Below are positions 52,482 to 64,000 of a DNA stretch of 64,000 bases, piece by piece. The stretch is taken from positions 7,155,846 to 7,219,845 of the forward strand of contig CM082577.2 in NCBI GenBank assembly GCA_040954595.2. Reading direction: 5' to 3'. A program made the position numbers and the translations under genes. Under the pieces are notes generated by a model, which searched no databases, had not been told where the DNA came from, and worked only from the letters and a program-made list of their open reading frames with translations. This DNA comes from Balanoglossus misakiensis. Lineage: Eukaryota; Animalia; Hemichordata. How positions within the stretch are numbered: the stretch's first letter is position 1; each line of letters opens with the position of its first letter.

Positions 52482-54517
52482 GCTGTCTACACATTTCGCC
52501 TTTTCTATCGCAGAAACCACAAAGACCCCCTCCCCCCCCCCCCCCGTGATATGACCTGTTGACAGCGTGATAGCCCAGACAGAAGCCCTGTAAACAAGTT
52601 ACATGTTCTCACGATCCGCAAACTAGTCCGTTTAGTAAGTTCATCGAACCACAGTGATGGAAAATACTATGATCCAATCGAATGGACGGGTCAGTGAATT
52701 TCCGGTGTCTGGCAGAATAGAGAAACGCCCCCATTCACTACCTGAAGACTCGGGGCCCCGGGCTCTGTCTGACACGGCTTTCCTCGCACCAAACACCATG
52801 GTGATTTTTGTGGGCTACTATTTCTTGGCTAGACGTGTCATTATACAGTACTCTATGTGTGTACACTGTTTTTAATTCCCAGAATAAGAGATATCGTTGG
52901 GTCGTTCGGAAGTCTATTGAGCAGCAAGCATCGTGCTATGAAAGAACCCTGGATATTTTTCATTTGCATTGAAAAGACTTATTTCCACCTATTCCAAAGA
53001 CTCGGTTTCCGGTTGTACAATGCACGCCTGACCCGTTCTAAATAAAGAATGACCTCGATTCGAAGTTTTTTTGCTTACTTTTAAATAAGGCTTACCATTT
53101 ACTTCTGCTCGATGACGTAGCGTGTGAAACACAACAATCACAAGATCTTCCATGTTTTCATAAATCTGCAAAGTTGATGTCATTGGCAGTTTAAGTAGAG
53201 CGGGTTCCCTATGTTTTCATGATTTTATGACAATGCTGACAAGATCTTAAAGAATATATGTGATATTTTAACGTAGAGACCAAAGAACTGAGTTGAATTT
53301 AGGTATTATGAAAAAGTATCACATTTTCTCTATCCCGACTACAGTTGCCGTCTGTTGTTTTTGAAATATCATATGTTGCCTTTGAGCAAGCGTCACCTGC
53401 CATACGTTGAACAGTTTTTTTATCATCCAAAAGAAAGCGTAACGCTGTTTTGGTTATTTGCTTCGGTTCAATCCTTTGATTTTCACTTGTAAAGTTAGAA
53501 GTTTACGAGGTGAAAGTTCGACCCTGTTCGCAGTTAACCAACCGGGGGTCGAGGTGTCACTCGGTGAAGGGGTAACGGTGGAAGTGATTGAACTATACGG
53601 GAGTTGGTCGCTCTGCGTGTATAGGTATAAGATGTCACTAATGACACTATTCAGTCTGCTTCGGTTCATTGTCTTCATCAGTCCAGGGCATGCGCCCACA
53701 GTGATGATGTGTCTGGGTTCTTTGCAAACAAGGTTCTTTCATCTTTACGGCTTACTGCTATTTTATTTACTTTCACGGGTATACACATTTCCGGTGTGAA
53801 CAATGTAGTTTCTTGTACTCGATATCACCTAAGGTTAACTGGCGTCACGGCAGCTTTGGGAAGGGCTATGCAGCGACGTACACCAATGATCCTTCCAGTT
53901 CATATAATACATTTGGTTGGTAGTGTTTGTGGATGCGCGAAGATAATCGTAAAGACTAATTGCTCTTTCTCATGAAATCCACGCAGCATTTGTGTACTAT
54001 ATTTTCTGACGGTATAACGGGGAAAAGGGAATCGCGCTATCTTTTGAGCTGAATGCTCTCTTAGACTGCTACTCCAAATGAATGGATATTTATACACTCG
54101 AAAATAGGGAGTCATTTGGTTCATTAATTTGACTGCAAATTTTGGTGCCACAGATATGCCTCAGTGGGACAAGACCATCATATTTGCGATTTTCTGTTTT
54201 GGTCAAGCTGCTCATTGATGTCATTATGCTATAGGGGATTAGTGTCAAGCAAAAAAATACTAACTTTGCTCGACCTTATGAATCTTAAATGGTGATAATG
54301 AGTGTGACACGTAGTCTAGTAAAAATCAGGAGGTACTACATTTGTAAAAACAAATGCATCTCGACTTCTTACCACTGAGGGCAACATGACTATTTGTGAA
54401 CCATCCAACCAACCGCGCGTTTGTTAACCATTCCGCAATTTCCCTAGTCTCGCTGGCCAGACCTCGTTCTATCCTTCGACGGCATAGCCAAGCGAAGTGC
54501 GCCACGAACGGCTCGAT

Positions 54518-54606
54518 TGTGTTATGTTATACCGTACTGTGCTGAGCTGTGGTATGGTGTGGTGCTGTGGTGTGGATCTGTACGGTGTTTGTGCTGTGAT
54601 ATGATT
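54518..54606. repeat. Degenerate pentamer repeat (TGTGG/TGTTA/TGTGC)
   Basis: tgttatgtta...tgtgctgagctgtggtatggtgtggtgctgtggtgtgg. Confidence 0.65.
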
Positions 54607-57600
54607 GACAGGCGTCACTTTTGACGGTACAATATTTTTCTCAATGCTGCAAATGGAACATTGATTGTTTGTTCCTCTGCCCATTGTGTTCTGCATACTT
54701 CACTTTGTAGAGAGATTCATAATGAATAAGAACGCCTAAATAAAGACTAATAAATCTTTCGTCGCCCTGCGCTCACGCCAAGCCTGATAAAGCGATACTT
54801 ATCGGCAGAAGTGTTTGTGGAGGTACTGTCCATGTTGATACAATTGGGCTTGTGTACTGTTCGGGTACCCCTGCCAGTAGCCGTTGGATACTTGAATTTG
54901 ACTGAGCAATGTTTGGAAATGTCATTGATCTTGTTCGCACAGGTCGCCAAGTCCCGTTTGAGGTCACTACTTTTTGTCGCATTGTTAGCGACAAAGACGA
55001 CGAATAACCATCACTATTCACTCGTCACAGGACCGCCCGTCTATTGTTGGAGTTTACGGAAGACAGCAGTTGATGACATTGCCGCTGTTAGACACAGTGT
55101 CCTATAGCCGTTGTGAACACAGAGCGGATAAACATACCTTTGAACCTCCGATGAGAACACACCCGGTCCTTAGGGGGTGGAGCAATAAAAGGGGCAATTC
55201 GTGTGGTCAAGGTGAGCGTGTTCTTTCAAACTGGCGATCAGGTGATTCTGGCGATTGTGGATTTCATCTGTTGAGTATCTTTCTGCCGTAAGAAGCTTAC
55301 TCAGAACCAAAATCGTACTTGAGACCAGAGTAAACGTATACGGTATTGCGAGTGTTAAAACGGCGATACCATTTATGTAAGGTATGTGTAATTAACGTTT
55401 TAGTATGTCGAGATATGACCCGTTTAAAATTGCTGTGTGTCATCCATTAATAACGCCATCTTAGATTGCAGCTGCCATACGCGCGATGATCTCAATCAAT
55501 ACTGAATGATATTTACATGTAGCTTCAGAAACGACGGTGTGGTTACAGAATTTCCATTATTCGAGGCTTTCTGATTCCAAGGAGCGAAGTTTTATTGGCA
55601 ATCGCGTTGTTCTCAAACGAAGGTGACGTACGTTGCTCAACGTTATTGTGTGTTGCAGTTTGCGTTGGCCGTGAGAACCACATAGGAATTTCACAGAACA
55701 AAGCGCGTTCTTGTTCTCTATAATATTCACCTCGAAGTTACAAATTCACGAACGGCGCTTCGTGACCGACAACGAAGGCACGGCCAAATTAACTCCGATC
55801 GATTTTGTGTCCAATTACATGCACAGAGCTAGCGCCAGAGGCCCGCGAGTACCGCCATAGAAACGCGCGTTTATTTACAAAACATTTATTAGCAACAATC
55901 AAACGCTGTGCAATCACCATCAAAATTGACTGTGATTAGTTTATTTGACGTCACATGAATACTAACTGATATTATTTTACTGGCAGCATACCTGAGATGT
56001 TACCGGTGCTAATCTATGTGCATAATAAACCCACAGTCAGCCGGCGTGCTTGCACATCCTTTAAGTATGAAATGTGCATCCGCATTCTCGTGGTTATTTT
56101 TATTTTTATCAATCCTGTACAAACCATAGACAAATAAATTTGTGTTTTTCTTAAATGCCGGGTCAACACAGGAGCAACCAATACCCCATTCTACTGAAAA
56201 AGTATATCAGACGATTTCAATGGGTCTGTTGCATTGTTTATGTCTTTACAGATGAAATGATTTCTTTGTTAAATATGAAGTACTCAGAAACATATTTAAA
56301 TAAATAAATGTGTGTAGCCACTTTTTATTCAAAAAAGACAGAACTACGGGAATGTGGAACACGTTTTATGAACGAGCAGTTGAGTAGGTATATAAAAATT
56401 TGCACTCCGGCAATGACGAGGTCTGTTGTTTGCATTTCAGAGTCATTGTGTTCCGGAAAGCCTCGCCCTACGGAGACGTTTCAGGTCGGCTTTGTGAACG
56501 GTGCGCGTATATCGCACCTACGATAAGAGGTCAACTTCGCCTGGGTGCGTTCTCATTCACACTGAAGGATACCACTTCGCCGCATAGGCATTCAAGAGAT
56601 CCTATACGTTCTGTATTTTGTGACAAGGGGGGTAGTACGTTTTATGTAGTCCAGAAAGGAGAACTGACAACAGGTGGGTCACCTTCTTTTCTGTCCATTG
56701 TCGCACCGCCGAATTGCAAGGCGGTCAAATTGACAAGCACTGAACCGTGTCATGGCAACCGGCAATATTTATAAACCGCCATCGATCATCTCGATTAACC
56801 AAGATGAAACAAATGTTCCAATCAGTGATCCGAGCAATTACTCGGTACCATCCGTGACATTAACAGTTTTATGTATCAAAATCGTGCGAACCGCATGAAC
56901 GATTTCATGAGCTTTATCTGGAAAATACAAAGTCGTTAAATAGTGACCCACATAATATCTGGTAAAGTGACCCCTCCTATTTGTTTATCTCATTGATTGG
57001 GCATACGTAGAATGGTGGTGTTTGCCATCGAAAATATGACGTTTACATGTATACATGCGTGGTGATCGGTGAGCACTAGATAAACACGTACACCACCCGA
57101 AAAAAAAATGCCAGAATTATTCAAATTAACATATTGCGCCTTCACATCTTTGTGATGAGTGGGTATGAATAAGCCATTGCCACCTGCTTTCTTGCATTCA
57201 TTATCCGAAGCTAATTACGTCGTCCAGTCATGATACATTTGTGTTTGCGTAAGAGGTCGCGGACTGTTTCGTTTCGGTTTGTTTTGGATGGCAAAGCAAA
57301 ACAAATAAAAACGACACGACTTCAAAAGGACATCGTAGTGATATATTACATTTGTGTTACTGACAGAGGCAGAAAATCAATTTGCTGGCGCCTTTCAACG
57401 CGCCATTTCCTTCAATTTATACCAGAAAAGAGAACACTGCAACTGGCGTAAACAGCCCAACTGTTTCACATCAATAATTGCACGTGCATATTTTAGGTAA
57501 AGCCTTTTCTGCTTGAGACAGCGAAACTCCGATTTACGGTGTTTTGCAATGAAAATAAGTAACGCCCATGCAAACCGACTGAGTATACGCGCATTGTCGT

Positions 57601-57774
57601 AGTCGTAACCATGACATTGTATACCCGTAACCATGACATCATGTGCCCGCAACTACAGATTACGTTTACAAGGCGCCGCCACAATAGAATGGTGTACATT
57701 GTAAATAGTCCCCAGGTACCCAGAGGGTAACTTTCTTAAATCCAAATTTCACCTTGCAGGAAGCACTGATTACC

Positions 57775-57805
57775 ATGGCGACCACTGTTGCTCCGCCAAA
57801 CACTG
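57775..57805 (+). CDS. Membrane microprotein gene, coding exon 1 (MATTVAPPNT)
   Basis: Acceptor tttcaccttgCAG| (59 of the block, 57759), optimal Kozak ACCATGG, donor CTG|GTATGT, phase 1. Confidence 0.7.
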
Positions 57806-58219
57806 GTATGTAAAATACATTATATTTCATTTCATTTAATAGCAGTCTTGGCGATAGCTAGAGGTTAGAATTAAGCACCGAAAGAGTATATCGCACACAC
57901 GGTGTAATAACGTGGGTCCTTCTTTTTGGCTACCTTACAAGAACTAAAACCGCGAGAATTTGCGGCGCCGTATATATATATATACATGTATTCGCATGGG
58001 CACAAACTGTCCAGCCCATGATGTATATTTTTCACAAACGTACCCCTAAAATACGGCTAAGCAAGATGTTCTACCACGGTAAACATGGAGACTCAACGAC
58101 AATAATTTGGGGAGTTGAGATATACATAATGTACATGTAGGTAGCTGATGTATTTGGTATAAAACCCGGTGTCCATATGTGGCAAGTCAAAATGCTCGTT
58201 CTGTTTAACATGCGCACAG

Positions 58220-58334
58220 GAAACGACGGGTCATCGTTTGAACTGAGTCCGGGCGCTGTACAGATGATCGGGGCAGGCGTCGGCTTCGGTATTTTGTTAC
58301 TTATCGCATTTTTCCTCTTCTCTAACTTAAAACG
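58220..58334 (+). CDS. Membrane microprotein gene, coding exon 2 (GNDGSSFELSPGAVQMIGAGVGFGILLLIAFFLFSNLKR)
   Basis: Acceptor cgcaCAG|, consensus donor CG|GTAAGT, phase compatible with exon 1; encodes a ~20-aa hydrophobic helix followed by basic residues. Confidence 0.75.
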
Positions 58335-59362
58335 GTAAGTTGTGATGTGAACAATCGCCAAAACGTTACTGCAAAGCGTCACACAATGTCAGGATTTTTA
58401 AAATGTTGGTGTATTTTTGTTGACGATAAAATATGTTTTCAGTACTTTTGTGACTTTACTGGGCCCCATTCGACTTCGGCGTTCGCGGAAGGGCCGAACC
58501 GGGATAAAGCTCAAAGACTAGGAATCGCAAATACGTGTGTTAAATAGAGATTCATTTGCTAATAAATCCTGTCCTGTGAAAAGTCTGTGCCGTGACCAAC
58601 ATCTTCTGTCCGTAATGTTTCATCGACGCGGCACTTTATCAAATACTAGTAGTTTCAGAGTAAGCCACTTTTCTTCCATCGATATTAAAATAGTAATGTT
58701 ATTGTATTATATTAGGTGTTATTGTGAAAAACACAATCTGTCCTTGTACAATATAAAGTTGAATGCATCATTTCTTCCATATTTACTAGAATGAATGCAT
58801 GTGTCCTGTAAACAAATCTTACCCCACTTTCCTCCGTATTTCTACGTATTCGAACACTTCATTGCATGTCATTATTCTTCTGTATCTCGTGTTCAGCGTT
58901 GCTGACGTAGCCATACCTCGAAGTCGATATAAGGTAATTGAATGATCTCCTCGTATCAGATCATCTGGTATTAAACGCAGTGTGTTTGCTGTAAATTGCG
59001 CTGCCCATCGCATATGCGCTGCCCGCTCTGAACAAAACACACAGATACACACAGATGGGGAGGGGGAGAAGGACCAGAGTTATCTGACTGACTGACTCAG
59101 TGAAATACAGACAGACAGTACAGAGGGACATTACACAACCAAAATTGACGAAACACGTACACATGTGCATGTACATGTACACAGGCATACAGACAGACGA
59201 GCTACGCTATTTTGTCAGCTCCGCCTTTAAGACAAGCAATCATAATGATTGTAGTGAAAAAGTTGGTAACTTTAGCATAGTTTAACCGCTTACATGTTCA
59301 AGTGTGGCTCCGTGTAATTTTTGCCGTCATTTCACTCTCATCTCAATTTCGCTCTTTTGCAG

Positions 59363-59372
59363 CAGCCGATAA
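59363..59372 (+). CDS. Membrane microprotein gene, terminal coding exon (..RSR-stop), followed by 3' UTR
   Basis: Strong acceptor tctcaatttcgctcttttgCAG|CAG; CG|C AGC CGA TAA closes a 51-aa protein; AATAAA at 60883-60888. Confidence 0.55.
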
Positions 59373-60368
59373 GCAAGGCTTATGGCGCCCGCTGCGGCAA
59401 AGGCAGTAAACATTAGAATGCCAGCTGCCATAGAACCAGTGGTTGTGATTACATTTCGTCCTTATTTTTCGTCTCCATTTTCATCTTTATTTTAGTACAA
59501 TCAGCCTCCGACTTTAATTTGCCTTGGTGGAAAGTGGTCATGGTTTTTTTTCATCGCATTTGGTACATTAGATAGGCAAACGGTGGCCGAACCATATGCG
59601 GTAGCTTTTGTATAACCTTCAGTTGCTTGATACGATTTGTTTGGATTTTAACATCGAGTGCTATGAATCAGTGGTGTTCCGTATGATCGCGTAAAAACTT
59701 CGACTTTCACATAATCGAAGAAATCAGTCTACCCACAGGGTGTGGCTGATGTCTGTGTCATGACATTATTATCTATTGTCTGTGCATTGTCTTCCTTCCA
59801 TAGATGAAATATCGTATCGCTGACAGCTAAAATATTGGTTGTCAGCGTTCAGTTTGTGGTCGTAGACTATACGTGTCCCGAGAACCATCCCACTTACGGG
59901 GTGGTAGGCCAAAGCTACCACGCAGCCTCTAATTTCACTGCACTCTGCTTCCTTCCGTAGATTATCTCATCTTCCAATTGGCAAACGCGAGTGGACAGAT
60001 AAAATCCGCAATAATGCGGACGAGGAACGGGAGCGACGGATCGAAGCAATAGTCAACCACAAGAAAGTCAACAATAACCGAATATATCCAACCGAGTCGG
60101 AGTCCATGGCGCCAACTCAGGGATTTGTAGCCTCTGCGCAGCATGGCCAATCCTAATCGACTTGGAGTCAATTGAGACAATGATAGTGTTTAAGATTATG
60201 TATAGTGGTAAAACAAACGTGAATATAGAAGTCACCAGTTATATTACTTTGTGTCAGAGACCATAGCGAGTCCACCATATTTTTCATAAAATTATAATAG
60301 TTTACTAAACCGCGTGGTCATGTCGACCACGCAATATCCGAAAATATCAGTCTCCATGTGGTTATGCT

Positions 60369-60405
60369 AGAACAACGCCCCCTATGTCCCTATGGGCGTT
60401 GTTCT
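60369..60405. repeat. 12-bp perfect inverted repeat, 13-nt loop
   Basis: agaacaacgccc ... gggcgttgttct. Confidence 0.8.
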
Positions 60406-61785
60406 TTCTTTTTTTAAGACCAAGGCAATCCCTGCTCAGTCGACCGCTCGTCATGCTTGCCGGTATACATAAACTAAGTATAACTTTCTCGCAATTTCAT
60501 AAACTATCCGATACTAGGACTATGTATATATTTCTGCCAGAGACAAATGATTGAACATGAGACAGATGTGTGGGGTAAATGTTCAACCATTTTAGACGGT
60601 AATTTGTTTATCTCATGACAATTATTTACAATGATGTTTCGAATATTTTTCGACGTCGTACGTGGTCCAAAGTTTATTGATTGGCTCGAAATTTCCAAGA
60701 GTGAAGATGGCAATCTATGTTGATACGATGAGATTTTATAACTACTTCAAAAGAAAACCATAATGGATATTATATATGGTGTATGCGAAAGACGAAACGC
60801 GACCGTCCAACTTTATACATATATGAGCTCACTTACATGTACTATAGTAGACCGCCTGCGTGACAAAGGAAGTGTTTTCTTGAATAAAGTATTATAATTC
60901 TAACCTCCTCTCACAGTTCGCGAACTTATTCCTTTGCATGCATAGACAAATGCGACAAAGGTTTTCTCTTTGTCCAAGAGAACCCGCGATGCCCAGGGCC
61001 GTGTTCGGAAGCCGAAAGAATCCCTGTAGCTGATTTTATTTTTGGTCCAGACGTCAGTTTGAAAAGGGCGGGAAAGAAACCGCACCGTCAACGATCAAGC
61101 GATGCATTCTTCTCACAGCTACACCGCCCGTGTACAGATCAAACTCCTCGCCGGGTGACCGGTTTTGTTATGTACTATAACCGCACCTCCTTACAATACA
61201 CTGCGTTTAGGTTGAATTTCTCTTGGTGTCTGCAAATAAACGTGATTGGCAGGTGGCTCACTGGCCTTTGACGAGCACTCTCGCCGCCTCAAGCTACGGC
61301 CTACGCTCACTCAAAGAGAAAGGATGATTTCGCCTAATAATAGTAAAGTAAAAATAGATGACCGCTAGCATTGCTTATAATGCCTGTGATGTTGACGACG
61401 CCAGACCAGACCGACATAGCGTACAATGATGCACTTGTTATGGTGTTTACGTCACCAAGGTGATGTTAGCGCCCGTTGAAAACCTGTCTCACAGGACGCC
61501 CTGGTATGCGCAGTTCTGACCATTTCTGAACTCAAGAGATTACTAAATCTGAGGCCCTTGAACACACTATTTATACTCTCCAGACAAGGAGGCTAAACAA
61601 ATAGTTGAACGAAGTGGTATAATAAACAGCGGCAACAGGTTTGTTGAACCTTGTCACCGCCTAATAATATATTCTAGCCACACTCGACCTCTGACATGAA
61701 GTGAATAGCAAAGTTGTTGTGATCTTGAGGCATTCCCGCTGGACGGTACTACACTCGTAATAAGATTGTGACTTTTTGTTCCGGG

Positions 61786-61798
61786 AGGTCAAAGTTCA
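61786..61798 (+). promoter_or_regulatory. Nuclear-receptor DR1 element (HNF4/RXR type)
   Basis: AGGTCA-A-AGTTCA. Confidence 0.4.
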
Positions 61799-63665
61799 TG
61801 TAATCACCTGTGGGTTTGTGTATTCACATACCCGTAACCCCACAATCTTTTAAACCCGTATTCTTTTTTTTTCAATTATTGTTTGAATATGTAGGACCAG
61901 ACGCTCCCCACCCGCGATTGATCACATGTAATTACATGTATGTTCCTTGCTGTTGGTTACTGGTATTATTATACGCTGGTTCAAGTATGGTCATGTCTGC
62001 TTTCTGTCGGTCGCGGAGACAGTTAGTGGTGATTGGGAACATTAACACACGAAACTCGAGCAGCAGAAAATGTACAAATTTATTTGAGCTTTGTGTTCTT
62101 TTACATTTTTTTTATTTAGCCGCGCGTAAAGGCCTGTGTTCTCAAACAGGGTGCAGTCCTGTCGACTTTCTCTGCAGTCATTTCCAAATGTTCTAAACGA
62201 ATGACGACACATAAAGGAATACTGTCAGGTGTCCTTCAAAGCATACACGCAACGCCTGGTCGGTTACAGCATCTTGTTTAGGCTTGTCTGTTTCGGTATA
62301 GTACAAGATTTCAAAAAAATGTAGAAACATGCCTTTTGTAAACGGTGACAACCGCACCCTGCTTCAGAACGCCTACAGCCTTGTGAACACAACTCCTCAC
62401 AGTAAAACAGACTGTCGTCTGAGCAATACATGCGAGAAAATAACTTTCAACTGAACAGGAAAGTGTGCGCATGCGTTGTGTGCTAGAAATATTATAAAAT
62501 TAAAATCGCAAATTGTAATCGCTTGTGTGATGTGTGCCCTGGATAGATTTAATGATGCATATGACACTGTTTGTCAATGACACTTGTCGAGCTGTGCGAC
62601 AGCCGTCTAGGAAAAGAACGTTCACAGGCCTGGGTAAATAAAAATAACAATTTCGAATATAAACTGGTTGGCAGATCATATCGGCTACTCGAAACTAGGT
62701 CTATCCATGGGAACGGCGGGAGTAGAGCGTGCTTGAACACGCGCACGCCTCCAGTTAATCCAGTTTCACTATAAGTGACAGGACAAAGAACTATTTTATT
62801 TCACTTAATCTTTATTATTTTGTGAATACTAACTACGGCCATAACATAATACACCAAACAATGTCCTACTAGTATTTTCTTTTACATTATACGGCTTATG
62901 AGCGATGAAAATATTCCAGTCGTGAATGTTGGTCGTTGAAAGTATAATCATGTTGGACAGAAAATAATTTCGCCACAGTGGGCTCTGTTCGTCAAGCAGG
63001 GTGGATTTAAAATCCGGTCAAAAGTTCAAAACTAACACAGCCTGATAACAACACACATAGTGTCTGTAATTGTGAACAACCTGAGTCCTGAGGTCTTATT
63101 CCGTCCTCTTTTACATCGTCGTTTTGTGGCGATCTAAGATCGATGAACAAAAGTGCAGGTTCTCTTAACGTCCACTGCAAACTGGAATTCCTACCGCGAC
63201 ATAGTCACTTTTTTCTAAAAGTAAAACTCCTTAATAGTAGATTTCAGATAATAATGAAAATTCTAATATTTTTTATCATGGAACTGAAAGAGGCAAAGTC
63301 GACACTGTTGTCTGTATGTTATGAATGTTGTTTCGGAGCAGCTGGTTGTGCAGCTGTCGAGCTTACTGCAAAACTCTTAGCATCTGCTGCACTGGAGCAC
63401 AACAAAGGCCCCGGACGTACACTATTCGTCGATCAGGTGACTGGCGAGACACGCCATACCAGTAAAAACTAACGTCACCACTAATCCAACAACAACAATG
63501 CAACACAGTTTTGAGAACTGCACTGAACGCACGCCACAAATGACACACAGATGGCGACATTGCGTCTCTCAGCAATTATTCAAAGATTATTATAATATTT
63601 TACAGAACAGAAAATATACAAATATGTTGCTGTATTATACAAAACAAAAATGGCGGATTAGTGTT

Positions 63666-63699
63666 TACAGCCAGGAAAAAAATACAGCCAGGAAAAAAA
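63666..63699. repeat. Perfect 17-bp tandem duplication
   Basis: tacagccaggaaaaaaa repeated twice. Confidence 0.9.
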
Positions 63700-64000
63700 C
63701 TTCAAAGTATCTTTCTATCGTGCTTACAAAATACAAAATTGTATCCATGAAAATGAGTGTTTATCTCACATTTTGGACGTCGTTGCAGCGTCGGATTGAA
63801 GTCTGTGCCTGACAACAGCAAGTATTAGTATTTCCAAATAGAAGATTTGGTGCGGGCTATCACTGTAATTAAACTCAGGAGTTATCAACTTGTTACGGTA
63901 CTATGTTTACATTTAATAATCGACCCAGCTCTACCAAGCAGCCAATATATCCAGACAGAGATTATACCTTAATCGATCACTTATCACTCTCTGTGTTTTT

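Overview
Eukaryotic (animal) genomic DNA, AT-rich and mostly non-coding, with microsatellites and short non-autonomous transposon remnants. The protein content and repeat style suggest a marine invertebrate deuterostome (hemichordate/echinoderm-like), which is inference only. Three clear single-exon, very GC3-rich CDSs lie on the + strand: a galanin/allatostatin-A-type class A GPCR (42513-43598) and a tight tandem pair of divergent fatty-acid-binding-protein (iLBP) genes (49515-49925, 50350-50757). A manual read also gives a three-exon gene absent from the ORF track that encodes a 51-aa single-pass membrane microprotein (57775-59372), and a probable minus-strand first exon with a 43-aa ORF at the window start. 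The ~41 kb before the GPCR has no recognisable CDS but has several candidate non-coding first exons. Just downstream of the GPCR is a 138-nt hairpin whose imperfections become stable tandem G.A pairs and a GCA triloop on the minus strand only. No rRNA, tRNA or CRISPR array is supported.
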